Assembly (NCBI GenBank): GCA_021782015.1
Contig: JAJXVS010000001.1
Location: 1-41,914, forward strand
DNA: 41,914 nt
Source of the DNA: a bacterium
Lineage (GTDB): Bacteria > Spirochaetota > Spirochaetia > Treponematales > Rectinemataceae
Direction: 5' to 3'
This document shows, in pieces, positions 22,707 to 32,349 of this stretch. Under the pieces are notes generated by a model that did no database searches, was not told the DNA's origin, and saw only the letters and a program-made list of their open reading frames with translations. Every line of letters begins with the position of its first letter. Positions within the stretch are counted from its first letter, which is position 1. Position numbers and translations under genes: made by a program.

Positions 22707-24515
22707 ATGACTATCGGCGAACTCCGACATGTCGCCCTTCGAACGTGGATCGAAGAAACGGCCAGTCTGTGCGGACCGGCGGATATTCGCCTATGCGACG
22801 GCAGCCAGGCGGAATACGATGAACTCTGCTCCCGCCTCATCGTCACGGGAACCTTCAGGCCCCTGTCCCGCGACAAGAAACCGCATTCTTTTTATGCCTG
22901 TTCCGATCCCGGCGATGTCGCCCGCGTCGAGGATCGCACCTTCATCTGCAGCAAGACCCGCGAGGCCGCCGGCCCCACGAATAATTGGGCCGATCCGGAC
23001 GAGATGAAGCGCATTTTGCGCGGCCTTTTTTCGGGGGCGATGCGAGGTCGTACCATGTATGTGGTGCCGTATTCGATGGGACCAGTCGGCGGCCCCCTTT
23101 CCAAGATTGGGGTGGAGATCACCGACTCGGCCTATGTTGTCGCCAACATGCACATAATGACGCGGGTCGGAAATCCGGTGCTCGAAGCCTTGGGCGACGT
23201 CGGCGACTTCGTCCCCTGCCTTCATTCGGTGGGCAAGCCGGTGCTTCCGGGCCAGCCGAACATCCCCTGGCCCTGCGACGCCGACAGGAAATATATCGTC
23301 CATTTTCCGGAAGAGAGAAGCATCTGGTCCTACGGCTCCGGCTATGGCGGAAACGCCCTTCTCGGCAAAAAATGCTTCGCCCTTCGCATCGCTACCTCCA
23401 TGGCCCGCGACCAAGGCTGGCTGGCCGAACACATGCTCATCCTCGGCATAACCAATCCCGAAGGGCGGAAAAAATACGTGGCGGCTGCCTTTCCCTCGGC
23501 CTGCGGCAAGACCAACCTCGCGATGCTCATTCCCACCATCCCCGGCTGGAAGGTCGAGACCGTCGGCGACGACATAGCCTGGATGCGGTTCGGAAAGGAT
23601 GGGAGGCTCTACGCGATCAACCCCGAGGCGGGATTCTTCGGTGTTGCGCCGGGAACGAGCCAATCCTCCAACCCGAACGCGATGGCGAGCCTGGCCCGTG
23701 ATTCGATATTTACCAATTGTGCCCTTACTCCCGACGGCGACGTCTGGTGGGAGGGCATCGGCACGCCGATCCCGCCGGGAAGTCTCGACTGGCAGGGGGC
23801 GATCTACGATCCGGCCTCTGGCAAGCCCGCCGCCCATCCCAACGCCCGTTTCACCGCGCCTGCGATGGCCTGCCCCTGCATCGATCCCGAGTGGGAGAAT
23901 CCCGAGGGCGTGCCCATTTCCGCCATACTGTTCGGCGGACGCCGCGCCGGCGTCGTGCCCCTGGTGCACGAAGCCTACTCGTGGCCCCATGGCGTATTCA
24001 TGGGCTCGATCGTCGCCAGCGAGACGACGGCCGCCGCCGCAGGGGCCCTCGGCCGGCTTCGCCGCGATCCATTCGCCATGCTTCCCTTTTGCGGCTATAA
24101 CATGGGCGACTACTTTGGCCACTGGCTCGATGTCGGTGCCACCCCGGGCGCGATTTTGCCGAAATTCTTTTATGTCAATTGGTTCCGAAAGGGCAAGGAC
24201 GGCAAATTCCTCTGGCCGGGCTATGGCGAGAACTCGCGCATCCTCAAGTGGGTTTTCGAGCGTTGCGACGCCCGGGGCGATGAGGGGGCGGTCGAAACCC
24301 CCCTCGGCCTCGTGCCTGCGCGGGAAAGCCTCGATGTGTCTGGTTTGACGATCGATGCCCCGGTCCTCGATGAGCTTCTTTCTGTCGACAGGGATGCCTG
24401 GCTGGCCGAGTTGCCCGGAATCGGTGAATATTACAATTCCTTCGGCGAGCACCTGCCGGCCGGCCTCAGGGCTGAACTCGACAAGCTTGGCGAAAGGCTG
24501 GGCTCAAAGGGCTGA
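22707..24515 (+). CDS. pckG: Phosphoenolpyruvate carboxykinase (GTP)
   Basis: 602 aa with AAGGAG 22693-22698 upstream. Sequence similarity to GTP-PEPCK runs over the full length ([44 protein letters not shown]). Confidence 0.95.
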   Translation: MTIGELRHVALRTWIEETASLCGPADIRLCDGSQAEYDELCSRLIVTGTFRPLSRDKKPHSFYACSDPGDVARVEDRTFICSKTREAAGPTNNWADPDEMKRILRGLFSGAMRGRTMYVVPYSMGPVGGPLSKIGVEITDSAYVVANMHIMTRVGNPVLEALGDVGDFVPCLHSVGKPVLPGQPNIPWPCDADRKYIVHFPEERSIWSYGSGYGGNALLGKKCFALRIATSMARDQGWLAEHMLILGITNPEGRKKYVAAAFPSACGKTNLAMLIPTIPGWKVETVGDDIAWMRFGKDGRLYAINPEAGFFGVAPGTSQSSNPNAMASLARDSIFTNCALTPDGDVWWEGIGTPIPPGSLDWQGAIYDPASGKPAAHPNARFTAPAMACPCIDPEWENPEGVPISAILFGGRRAGVVPLVHEAYSWPHGVFMGSIVASETTAAAAGALGRLRRDPFAMLPFCGYNMGDYFGHWLDVGATPGAILPKFFYVNWFRKGKDGKFLWPGYGENSRILKWVFERCDARGDEGAVETPLGLVPARESLDVSGLTIDAPVLDELLSVDRDAWLAELPGIGEYYNSFGEHLPAGLRAELDKLGERLGSKG

Positions 24516-24540
24516 CGACGGGTCGATCGACGCTTTTCAT

Positions 24541-24569
24541 TTGCAGGACGGTACCGGCGATATTATCAT
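24541..24569 (+). promoter_or_regulatory. Candidate sigma-70 promoter TTGCAG-N17-TATCAT, 9 nt before ATG 24579
   Basis: The hexamers and spacing are good. There is no SD between the -10 box and the ATG, so the predicted leader is 1-3 nt. Confidence 0.55.
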
Positions 24570-24578
24570 TCAGGCATT

Positions 24579-25232
24579 ATGACCAAGTACGAATTTGCCA
24601 TTCTGGCTGCCAAGGATCCTGCGGCGTATATCGACGCCTCCCTGCGGGCCGTCTTGCCGCCCGCGGTCAAGGCCCGTCTTGCCCGGCAGTGGATGGAAAA
24701 GACCGGGTTTTCGCGTAAGGACATTCTCCATGCGCGAAACCGCCATCCCTACTGGAAACAGAAAAAGATGGAAGGTTCGGCCGAAAGGACGCGGAGGCGC
24801 CTCATCGAGCATGATTACTCCTCCGGCCTGAGCGTCGAATGGAACGCCCAGAGGGTGGTCACCTTCCTCGACCTCAACGGCAAAGACAAAAATGGACGGT
24901 ATGAGCATCACGACTGGGAATTGGCCCAGGTTTTCGGCGCCTCCATCCCCTCGATCCAGTACATGCGTCGCAAATTCAGAAGGGCGACCGAGCTCCTTGG
25001 GGCCAGGGCTTCGAGGGCGAAAATCGTCGAATACCTGACATTCGCCGAGTCCGTGCTCGTGCGCGGCTCGAATGCCGTCGAAAAGCTCCGAGGCGAGCGT
25101 GCGAGGGAGGCCAAGGGCCTTACCGAGTCCCTGCGCAAAATTCCGGGAATCAAAGCGGCTTCCTTCGTCGACAGGTTTCCGAAGGCCGGAGCCAAGCCCA
25201 AGGCCCGAGCCAAAGACCATGAAATGGAATGA
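24579..25232 (+). CDS. Basic hypothetical protein with a possible helix-turn-helix
   Basis: 217 aa. The third-position GC bias supports the + frame over the antisense 24570..25253 ORF. The segment DWELAQVFGASIPSIQYMRRKF (aa 112-133) looks like an HTH, and the tail is Lys/Arg-rich. I recognise no family. Confidence 0.6.
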   Translation: MTKYEFAILAAKDPAAYIDASLRAVLPPAVKARLARQWMEKTGFSRKDILHARNRHPYWKQKKMEGSAERTRRRLIEHDYSSGLSVEWNAQRVVTFLDLNGKDKNGRYEHHDWELAQVFGASIPSIQYMRRKFRRATELLGARASRAKIVEYLTFAESVLVRGSNAVEKLRGERAREAKGLTESLRKIPGIKAASFVDRFPKAGAKPKARAKDHEME

Positions 25233-25285
25233 GCTCCCGCGTCGGTGTTTCACGACCGATGGGCAGGCGAGCTGCGGCTAAGGGA

Positions 25286-27370
25286 TCACGACACGGCAGC
25301 CGCTTCGCCGAAAGGCGGGGCCCTGCGCAGCACCTCGCGCAGGGGATGACTGGCCTCCGATAGGAGGGCGGGGTCTTCCTCGACCAGGGCGAAGGCATCG
25401 ATGCGGGCCTCTTCGAGGAGGAGGAGGTCCTTTATCGGGTCGGCAACCGCGAAGCCAAGGGCTCCCGATTGCATCGTTCCCGACAGGTCGCCGGGGCCCC
25501 GAATTTTGAGGTCCTCCTCGGCCAACTTGAATCCGTCGGACGTTTCGAGCATGGCCTTGAGTCGGGCCTTGCCCTCCTCGGTCAACTTGTCGGAAAACAC
25601 GAGAAAGCACCAGGATTGTGCCTGGCCGCGTCCTACCCGGCCCCGGAGCTGATGCAGGGCCGCGAGTCCGAAGCGCTCCGCGTGCTCGATGACCATGATG
25701 CTCGCCTCGGGCACATCCACCCCCACTTCCACCACCGATGTGGCGACGAGGATACGGATATCGCCCTTCTTGAAGGCCGCCATGGTCGCTCGCTTCTCGT
25801 CCTCGCGGAGGCGCGAGTGGATGAGGCCGATCGGGACGCCCGGGAATAGTTCATCCCGCAACTTTGCATGCATTTCTTCGGCGTTCTTGAGTTCGAGTTT
25901 CGTCGATTCCCCGATGAGGGGATAGACGAAGTAGGCTCGCTGGCCGAGGGCGAGCACGCGGCGGACAAACTCGTAGACCTTGGCTTCGTTTCCTGCCTTG
26001 GCGAGGTGGGTGACGATGGGCTTTCGCCCCGGGGGCATTTCGCGGATCGTCGAGACGGCGAGGTCGCCGAAAACCGTGAGGGCCAGGGTTCGAGGAATGG
26101 GCGTTGCCGTCATCATGAGGAGATCGGGCATGGGGCCCTTGCGCGAGAGCGCCAGCCGCTGAAGGACGCCGAAGCGGTGCTGTTCGTCGACGATGACCAG
26201 GCGCAGGTGCCGGTATTCCACGGCGTCGGAGAAGAGGGCCTGGGTTCCGAGGACGAGATCGACCTCGCCCTTGGCCATGGCGCCGAGGAGGGGAGGGCGG
26301 GCCGCATCCTCGACGTTGCCCGACAGGAATGCCAGCCTCACGCCGAGGGGCTCCAGGAGGCCGGCCGCCGTCTCCGCATGCTGGCGGGCGAGCAGCTCCG
26401 TGGGGGCCATCAAGGCCACCTGGCCACCAGCCTCGATGACTTCGAGGGCGGCGAAAAAAGCCACCAGGGTCTTGCCGGAGCCGACATCCCCTTGAAGGAG
26501 TCGGGCCATGGGCCTGGCCGTGCCCAGATCCGTCACGATCTCGGCCACAGCCTTCTCTTGGTCATTGGTGAGCTTAAAAGGCAGGCGAGAGGCCAGGCGA
26601 GAGCGGAGAATACCCTTGGGCACCCTTCGCGGAACGGCGACCTCGGCACGGCTATGCGCGCGCTGGGCCACGGCCAGCTGGAAGAAGAAAAGTTCCTCAT
26701 AGGCCAGACATTCTCGGGCGCGGAGGGCCTCGGCCGCGTCGCGAGGCGCGTGCATGGCGCGGATGGCTTCGCGCTTGGCCATGAGCGCATGCTTTTCGCG
26801 AAGCCGGGGCGGAAGCTCATCCTCGATATGCCTGTTATAGTCAGCCAGGGCATGGGCCACAAGCTTGCGCACGTTCCCCTGGGCGAGGCCCTCCGTGAGG
26901 GGATAGACCGCGAGCAATCCCGACTTGACCGTGCCCTCTCCCTCGCCATCGAGGCCTTCGATTTCGAAGGCCGACGACTGAAGTTCGCCGTAACGGAGGC
27001 CGAACTTGCCCGTCACGACCACGGAGCATCCGACTGGCATGTTCCTTTCCAGAAAGGCCCGGTTGAAGCAAAGCAGGCTCGCCTCATCCCTCCCGTCGTC
27101 CACGCGGAGCTTGAGGGTCTTCATCCTGCCGTAACCGAACCATTCATGGGCCACGACGGTCGCCCTGGCATGGGCCCGTGTCCCTGCCCTGGCTGCCTCG
27201 GCGAAGCCGATCCAGGAACTCCGATCGTCCCAGTCGCGGGGGAAATGGAGAAAAAGGTCGGCGATGGTATAGATGCCCATTCGCGCAAGGAGGGCTGCCA
27301 CGGCCTTGCCGGCTCCTCTGAGTCGGGTCACCGGATCGCGGAGTTCGCGGAGAAACACGGGACAGAGCAT
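25286..27370 (-). CDS. recG: ATP-dependent DNA helicase RecG
   Basis: The start is trimmed to Met43 (MLCPVFLRELRDPVTRLRGAGKAV..). Helicase motifs are present (GDVGSGKT, DEQHRFGV, MTATPIPRT, QLRGRVGRG), preceded by a wedge-domain-like N-terminus. Confidence 0.92.
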   Translation of the reverse strand: MLCPVFLRELRDPVTRLRGAGKAVAALLARMGIYTIADLFLHFPRDWDDRSSWIGFAEAARAGTRAHARATVVAHEWFGYGRMKTLKLRVDDGRDEASLLCFNRAFLERNMPVGCSVVVTGKFGLRYGELQSSAFEIEGLDGEGEGTVKSGLLAVYPLTEGLAQGNVRKLVAHALADYNRHIEDELPPRLREKHALMAKREAIRAMHAPRDAAEALRARECLAYEELFFFQLAVAQRAHSRAEVAVPRRVPKGILRSRLASRLPFKLTNDQEKAVAEIVTDLGTARPMARLLQGDVGSGKTLVAFFAALEVIEAGGQVALMAPTELLARQHAETAAGLLEPLGVRLAFLSGNVEDAARPPLLGAMAKGEVDLVLGTQALFSDAVEYRHLRLVIVDEQHRFGVLQRLALSRKGPMPDLLMMTATPIPRTLALTVFGDLAVSTIREMPPGRKPIVTHLAKAGNEAKVYEFVRRVLALGQRAYFVYPLIGESTKLELKNAEEMHAKLRDELFPGVPIGLIHSRLREDEKRATMAAFKKGDIRILVATSVVEVGVDVPEASIMVIEHAERFGLAALHQLRGRVGRGQAQSWCFLVFSDKLTEEGKARLKAMLETSDGFKLAEEDLKIRGPGDLSGTMQSGALGFAVADPIKDLLLLEEARIDAFALVEEDPALLSEASHPLREVLRRAPPFGEAAAVS

Positions 27371-27431
27371 AGCACGGACGGGTTGGGACGGCCACGGCAC
27401 AGGATGCCGTTCTCCCAGCCTCCGGCTCGCC

Positions 27432-27460
27432 TTGCTCCCTCTCCGATCGAGGTGTACGAT
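27432..27460 (+). promoter_or_regulatory. Candidate sigma-70 promoter TTGCTC-N17-TACGAT
   Basis: It lies 42 nt upstream of ATG 27502, in the divergent recG/carboxypeptidase spacer. AAGGAG lies at 27483-27488. Confidence 0.5.
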
Positions 27461-27501
27461 GTGGGTATTCCGTTCACGCGACAAGGAGATTCTCAAACAT
27501 C

Positions 27502-29022
27502 ATGCATTCCGACCTCTCCCGCCTCATCGAACTCGATCGCGAGCGCAAACGCATTGCCCACATCGGCGCCATTCTCGGTTGGGATCAGGAGACCTGCATG
27601 CCGCCCAAGGCCGTCGATGAGCGCTCCGAGCAGCTCGCCCTGATCGAATCCCTCGCTCACGAGAAGTCCGTCCGTCCCGAAATCGGGGAACTCCTCTTGC
27701 GACTCGGTTCGACAAGTGCGAATCCGAGTGGTGACTCCTCGCTGGATCAGATCGAGCGGGCCTATCTGCGTGTTCTCCGACGCGCCTGGGACCGCGACAC
27801 GAAGCTCCCGGCCGACCTTGTGGCCGAGTTCGCCCGGGCCGTCAGTCTTGGGCAGGCCGCCTGGGTCGAAGCGAAAAAGAACAACGACTTTCCCGCCTTC
27901 GCTCCTCATCTTGAGAAAATTCTCGGCCTGATCAGACGTCAGGCCGCCTGTCTCGATCCCGGCAAGGGCGCCTACGATGTTCTTCTCGATCTCTACGAAC
28001 CCGGCTCGACCGAGGCCTCCGTCGCGGCCATCTTTTCGAGGCTCCGGAAGGATCTGGTGGGCATACTCACGAAAATCCGATCGCGGCCCCAGATCGACGA
28101 CTCTATCCTCCACGAAACGGTGGGTGAGGCGAGGCAGAAGGCGGGGAGCGACTGGATCATGGACCTCCTCGACTTCGATCGTGGGCGCGGGAGGCTGGAT
28201 ATTTCGGCCCATCCTTTCACGACTACCCTCGGGGTCGATGATGTGCGGATTACGACACGCTACATCCCGGATTATTACCCCTCGAGTCTCTTCTCGACGA
28301 TGCACGAGACGGGGCATGCCCTATACGAACTTGGCATCGCGCCGGGCCCTGATTTCCAGGGTACGGAGCTCGCCGAAGCCGCATCGATGGCCGTCCACGA
28401 GTCGCAATCGCGCTTCTGGGAGAATATGGTCGGTCGAGGCGACGCTTTTTGGAAGCGCAATTTCCGGCATCTGGCCGAGCTTGTATCTCCGGCCCTCGAC
28501 GGGGTGCGCCGCGAGGACTTCGTGCGCGCGATCAACCGGGTCGCGCCATCCTTTATCCGCACCGAGGCCGACGAGGTTACCTACGGCCTTCACATAATTC
28601 TGCGATTCGAACTCGAGTCCGATCTCGTCTCGGGAAGGCTCGCGGTCCCCGATCTGCCCGCGGCCTGGAAGGTCAAGGCACGGGAGCTTCTCGGCCTCGA
28701 GGTCCGCGACGATGTACACGGCTGCCTCCAGGACGTGCACTGGTCGGCCGGACTCTTCGGATATTTCCCGAGTTACGCCCTAGGCAATCTCTACGCGGCC
28801 CAATTCGCAACGGCCATGCGAAAAGACCTTCCCGATTTCGATGACCGCATCTCCGCGGGTGACACTGCCTCAATCTTGGGGTGGCTTCGCGAAAAGGTGC
28901 ATGCCTCGGGCTCGACCTGGTTGCCCTCCGAACTCATCGAGAGGGTCACCGGGTCTGCCCTCGATCCTTCGCATTTCGTGGCCTACCTCGAGGGCAAGTA
29001 TTCCCGCATTTACGGATATTGA
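27502..29022 (+). CDS. M32 family (Taq-type) metallocarboxypeptidase
   Basis: 506 aa with the HETGHALYE zinc motif, HESQSRFWEN, and DVHW / GYFPSYALGN, all characteristic of carboxypeptidase Taq homologues. Confidence 0.9.
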   Translation: MHSDLSRLIELDRERKRIAHIGAILGWDQETCMPPKAVDERSEQLALIESLAHEKSVRPEIGELLLRLGSTSANPSGDSSLDQIERAYLRVLRRAWDRDTKLPADLVAEFARAVSLGQAAWVEAKKNNDFPAFAPHLEKILGLIRRQAACLDPGKGAYDVLLDLYEPGSTEASVAAIFSRLRKDLVGILTKIRSRPQIDDSILHETVGEARQKAGSDWIMDLLDFDRGRGRLDISAHPFTTTLGVDDVRITTRYIPDYYPSSLFSTMHETGHALYELGIAPGPDFQGTELAEAASMAVHESQSRFWENMVGRGDAFWKRNFRHLAELVSPALDGVRREDFVRAINRVAPSFIRTEADEVTYGLHIILRFELESDLVSGRLAVPDLPAAWKVKARELLGLEVRDDVHGCLQDVHWSAGLFGYFPSYALGNLYAAQFATAMRKDLPDFDDRISAGDTASILGWLREKVHASGSTWLPSELIERVTGSALDPSHFVAYLEGKYSRIYGY

Positions 29023-29048
29023 GGTGGTCGGCGCCCGGGGTGGGGGCC

Positions 29049-29858
29049 ATGGCTGAGGGTCTCGGGAATCCCTGGCCCTGGATGCTTTTCGCCACCTGCT
29101 TCGCGGGCGCGGGACTCGGTTTTTTCGCCAGAGCCCTGTTTCGAAGCCGTTCGCGGCGCGGTCGCAGCCCTGTGCCGCCCTCTATCCTCGCCATGATCCT
29201 ACTGGCCGCTGCTGTGTGCGCCGCGGCCGGACTCCTTATCTTTCCCGACAAGGCTTCGCTCGGCGATAGACTCCTTCTGCCCTCGGGCCTGGTCGCCACG
29301 GCCCTCGGTCTTGCAAGTGGCTTGCTTCCGAGAACCTTTGGCGTCGGCTTTCTCGTCGCCCTCGCCGCCATCTGTGCCTATGCCGCCCTTTGTCTGGAAG
29401 GCTGGCTTCCCCTCAAGGCCGTGCAACGTGTCGCGACTCTCACACCCTTTATTGTTGCGTCCTCGGGGAGTCACGGAGAGCTGCAAGTCGATGAGCGCGA
29501 TACGGTGCCCCTGGTCCAGCGCGTCGACATCTTGGGGACAAACGCGGGTCTCATCGTCGAGCGGCTCCACCTTGGGGGGCCGCTCTCGGTCTTCGGCAGG
29601 GAGCACTATCGCGTCGCGGGCATTGCGGTCGCCCGCGGCGCGGTGCTGTCGATCGAGACGAGCTTCGCACCCCACGTCGACCCGATCGATGCCTCACTCC
29701 CCCTCGCCCAAGGACCCTCGGCCGAGCGCTCCCTGCTTTTCGCGAGCCGCTGGCGTGAGGCCAGTGCGCCCATGCCGCTCGTGGCATTCAGAACCCTGTC
29801 CTTTATCCTCGATCCCCGCGCCGCCAAGGCGGCCGAGCTGCGCGTCGTCGAGAAATAG
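29049..29858 (+). CDS. Hypothetical membrane protein (about 4 TM helices plus a soluble C-terminal domain)
   Basis: The start is trimmed to ATG 29049, downstream of the M32 stop; the track start at 28881 lies inside M32. The hydrophobic N-terminal half includes WMLFATCFAGAGLGFF, ILAMILLAAAVCAAAGLLIF and others. I recognise no family. Confidence 0.55.
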   Translation: MAEGLGNPWPWMLFATCFAGAGLGFFARALFRSRSRRGRSPVPPSILAMILLAAAVCAAAGLLIFPDKASLGDRLLLPSGLVATALGLASGLLPRTFGVGFLVALAAICAYAALCLEGWLPLKAVQRVATLTPFIVASSGSHGELQVDERDTVPLVQRVDILGTNAGLIVERLHLGGPLSVFGREHYRVAGIAVARGAVLSIETSFAPHVDPIDASLPLAQGPSAERSLLFASRWREASAPMPLVAFRTLSFILDPRAAKAAELRVVEK

Positions 29859-29885
29859 GCCGAGCTGCGCGTCGTCGAAAAATGG
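29832..29885 (+). repeat. 27-bp direct tandem duplication spanning the stop codon of the preceding CDS
   Basis: gccgagctgcgcgtcgtcgagaaatag (29832-29858) is followed by gccgagctgcgcgtcgtcgaaaaatgg (29859-29885), with 25 of 27 nt identical. The TAG stop of copy 1 corresponds to TGG in copy 2. Confidence 0.8.
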
Positions 29886-29996
29886 GGCGGGGCATCGGCT
29901 GCGTCGCCACCGCTGCGGGGCCTCCACTGCGCCGCCCCCGCCGTGCCGCCCCCGCTCCTGGCTGGGACTCCTGACCTTCACGATGGTCGGGGTGGC

Positions 29997-30374
29997 TCAG
30001 CGTCGAGCGATCGCCTCGATCTCGACGAGTCCGCCCTTGGGCAGGGCCGCGACGGCCACTGTCGAACGGGCCGGGCGATGGGATCCGAAGAAGGCGCCGT
30101 AGATTTCATTGACCTTCGCGAAATCGCCCATATCGACCAGGAATATCGTTGTCTTGACGACTCGCTCAGAACCGAGACCGGCCGCCTTGAGAACGGCCCC
30201 CAGATTGGCAAGGGATTGGCGAGTCTGGGCTTCCAGCCCTTCGCGGAGATTTCCGCTCGCCGGATCGAGGCCCAGCTGTCCCGAGCAATAAACTGTGTCG
30301 CCCGCGTCGATGGCCTGTGAATAGGGACCAATGGCCGCCGGAGCCTCTTTTGTCGCAATCGCCTCAATTGCCAT
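29997..30374 (-). CDS. ridA: RidA family reactive-intermediate deaminase
   Basis: 125 aa ([21 protein letters not shown] .. [19 protein letters not shown]). AAGGAGG lies 6 nt upstream (30381-30387). Confidence 0.9.
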   Translation of the reverse strand: MAIEAIATKEAPAAIGPYSQAIDAGDTVYCSGQLGLDPASGNLREGLEAQTRQSLANLGAVLKAAGLGSERVVKTTIFLVDMGDFAKVNEIYGAFFGSHRPARSTVAVAALPKGGLVEIEAIARR

Positions 30375-30433
30375 TCCATACCTCCTTATGTTCTCCGCAA
30401 CGTGATCGAAAGGAGTATGCCCTGCGGTGCGCC

Positions 30434-30462
30434 TTGTGGCGAGACCCGTCCGCGGCTAGGAT
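30434..30462 (+). promoter_or_regulatory. Candidate sigma-70 promoter TTGTGG-N17-TAGGAT, 5 nt before ATG 30468 (leaderless layout)
   Basis: The hexamers have a 17-nt spacer, only GACTC separates the -10 box from the ATG, and no SD is present. Confidence 0.5.
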
Positions 30463-30467
30463 GACTC

Positions 30468-31481
30468 ATGGACATCAGGCGCGCGGATGAGGGGGAGGGA
30501 AGGGCCGGGCGGAGGCGTGGCTCGGCCGATCCAGAGACCCACTGGGCCCCCGGGCAGATCCGATCCGGGGACATTCTGTATCCCGCGATGTCCAGGCGGA
30601 CCGGGGGGCTTTCTCTGGGCATCAATCTTTTTCCGGAGGGCAAACTCTGCTCCTTCGATTGCGCCTATTGCGAAGTACTGCCGGGAAAGGGTGGCCCCGC
30701 CTTCAGCCTGTCCGCCCTCGAGAAGGACCTTGCTGCCTGGAAGGCCCTCGCCTCGAAGGAGGTGGATGGACCAACACCCTCCACGACCAAAGACCAGGTG
30801 GCCGGCCTCGATCTCTCGAAAATCCCCCTCGATTTCGCCTTCGCCGGCGATGGGGAGCCGACCCTCTCCTCATCGCTCTTCCCTGCCATAGATGCGGTCG
30901 CCGCGGCCCGCTTGAAATGGCCAACGGTTTTCGGGGCGGCAAAAATTATCCTTATAACTAACTCCACCGGTTTTCTCGACGCAAGAATCGCCGCGGGGCT
31001 TCACGATGCCGTCCGGCTGCATGGCCTCGAAATATGGGCCAAGCTCGACGCCGGAACAGAGAGTTGGTACAGGAAAATGGACCGCCGCGGACCCGATTTC
31101 GAATCGATCGTGGCTTCCCTGCTGGCCTTCTCGCGACGTTCGCCTCTCGTGATCCAATCGATGTTCTGCAAACTGAGGGGCGAGTCGATGGCAGATCAAG
31201 AAATGATCGACCCCCCCGAAGAGGAAATCGAAGCATGGGCCCTGCGCCTCGCCGACCTCGCCAGGGGCGGAGCAAGGCTTGCCGGCCTACAGGTCTATAC
31301 CCAATCGCGGCACTCTCCCCATCGCTTGACCGCCGCCCTCGATGACGCCGGCCTCATCGCCATCGCGCGCCGCGCCGTCGACGCGATGGACCGGATGAAG
31401 GCGAAAATCCCCGGCCCCAAACCGATTCGCGTCTTCGGCCGCGAAGGGGAACTGGAATTCCCCGGAGGACCATCCTGGTAG
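30468..31481 (+). CDS. Radical SAM protein (COG0731-like)
   Basis: 337 aa with CxxxCxxC (CSFDCAYCEV) preceded by SRRTGGLSLGINLFP, a pattern I associate with this radical-SAM subgroup. The long N-terminus is needed to retain that block. Confidence 0.8.
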   Translation: MDIRRADEGEGRAGRRRGSADPETHWAPGQIRSGDILYPAMSRRTGGLSLGINLFPEGKLCSFDCAYCEVLPGKGGPAFSLSALEKDLAAWKALASKEVDGPTPSTTKDQVAGLDLSKIPLDFAFAGDGEPTLSSSLFPAIDAVAAARLKWPTVFGAAKIILITNSTGFLDARIAAGLHDAVRLHGLEIWAKLDAGTESWYRKMDRRGPDFESIVASLLAFSRRSPLVIQSMFCKLRGESMADQEMIDPPEEEIEAWALRLADLARGGARLAGLQVYTQSRHSPHRLTAALDDAGLIAIARRAVDAMDRMKAKIPGPKPIRVFGREGELEFPGGPSW

Positions 31482-32320
31482 ATTTGCACAGTCACAGCAC
31501 CGCAAGCGACGGGAGCTATACGCCTGCTGCCCTCGTCGAACTCGCCGCGGAATCGGGGATTTCGGTGCTGGCCCTCACCGACCACGATACGATAAGCGGA
31601 TTGGCCGAGGCTCAACACGAGGCGGGGGTTCGCGGCGTGCGCCTCATTCGAGGCGTCGAGATCGAGGTGGCCTTTTCCCCCGGCGAATTCCATCTGCTCG
31701 GTCTCGATCTGCAAGGGACCGATGCCGAGATAGCCAAGGACCTCGCGAAATTGGGCCGGGCGCGCGCCGACAGGAATGCCCGAATTCTCGGGCGGATCAA
31801 CGACGCGGGCATCGACGCGACGATGGAGGAACTCGAGGCCATCGCGCGGGAAGACAGGGAGGGCGAGGGTCAAATTGGCCGTCCTCATATCGCGCGCCTC
31901 CTCGTTGCCAAAAAGGCTGCGAAGAACAGACAGGACGCCTTCGATCGCTGGCTTGGAAAGGGCAAACCCTTCTATGAGGAGAAGGCCGTCATCGGACTCG
32001 AGGAAGGCATTGTGCTCGTCCATCGCGCGGGGGGCCTGGCGATCGTAGCCCATCCCCGATCGCTCTTCGTCTCATGGAGCCGGCTCTCGACGCTGATGGA
32101 CGAGTGGCTCGATCAGGGCATCGACGGCATCGAGGCCTGGCACCCCACCGCCACTGTGGGCGAGTGCCGGCGCCTCGAAAAAATGGGCCGGGAGCGGGGC
32201 TTTCGCGTGACCGCCGGCAGCGATTTTCATGGCGCATCGCGCCCGGAACGCAAGCTGGGAAAGACAGCCGGCCGCCTTCCCATCGAAGACGCGTGGCTCG
32301 AAGCGCTTCGCCGGGATTGA
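31475..32320 (+). CDS. PHP-domain phosphoesterase (TrpH/YciV, RNase AM-like)
   Basis: DLHSHSTASDG and further PHP His/Asp motifs are present (LALTDHDT, VVAHP, GIEAWH, GSDFHG). The track start is TTG 31484. I favour in-frame CTG 31475, which lies 5 nt after GGAGGA 31464-31469 and restores VDLHSHS. The start codon is uncertain. Confidence 0.85.
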   Translation: MVDLHSHSTASDGSYTPAALVELAAESGISVLALTDHDTISGLAEAQHEAGVRGVRLIRGVEIEVAFSPGEFHLLGLDLQGTDAEIAKDLAKLGRARADRNARILGRINDAGIDATMEELEAIAREDREGEGQIGRPHIARLLVAKKAAKNRQDAFDRWLGKGKPFYEEKAVIGLEEGIVLVHRAGGLAIVAHPRSLFVSWSRLSTLMDEWLDQGIDGIEAWHPTATVGECRRLEKMGRERGFRVTAGSDFHGASRPERKLGKTAGRLPIEDAWLEALRRD

Positions 32321-32349
32321 TTTCCGGGAGACCCTTCGCGGTCCATTCT

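Noticed and set aside
22791-24452. 553-aa antisense ORF covering pckG. Similar antisense giants occur at 25868..27643 (over recG), 40498..41610 (over cysE), 7376..8293 and 9512..10138 (over the OmpA-type gene), 11280..12449 (over cysS) and 13132..14142 (over the sigma/anti-sigma genes).
   Set aside because: Each lies opposite a gene with unmistakable family signatures. Their compositions are low-complexity (R/G/P/A) and they lack SD or promoter context. I treat them as GC-driven artefacts, not overlapping genes.
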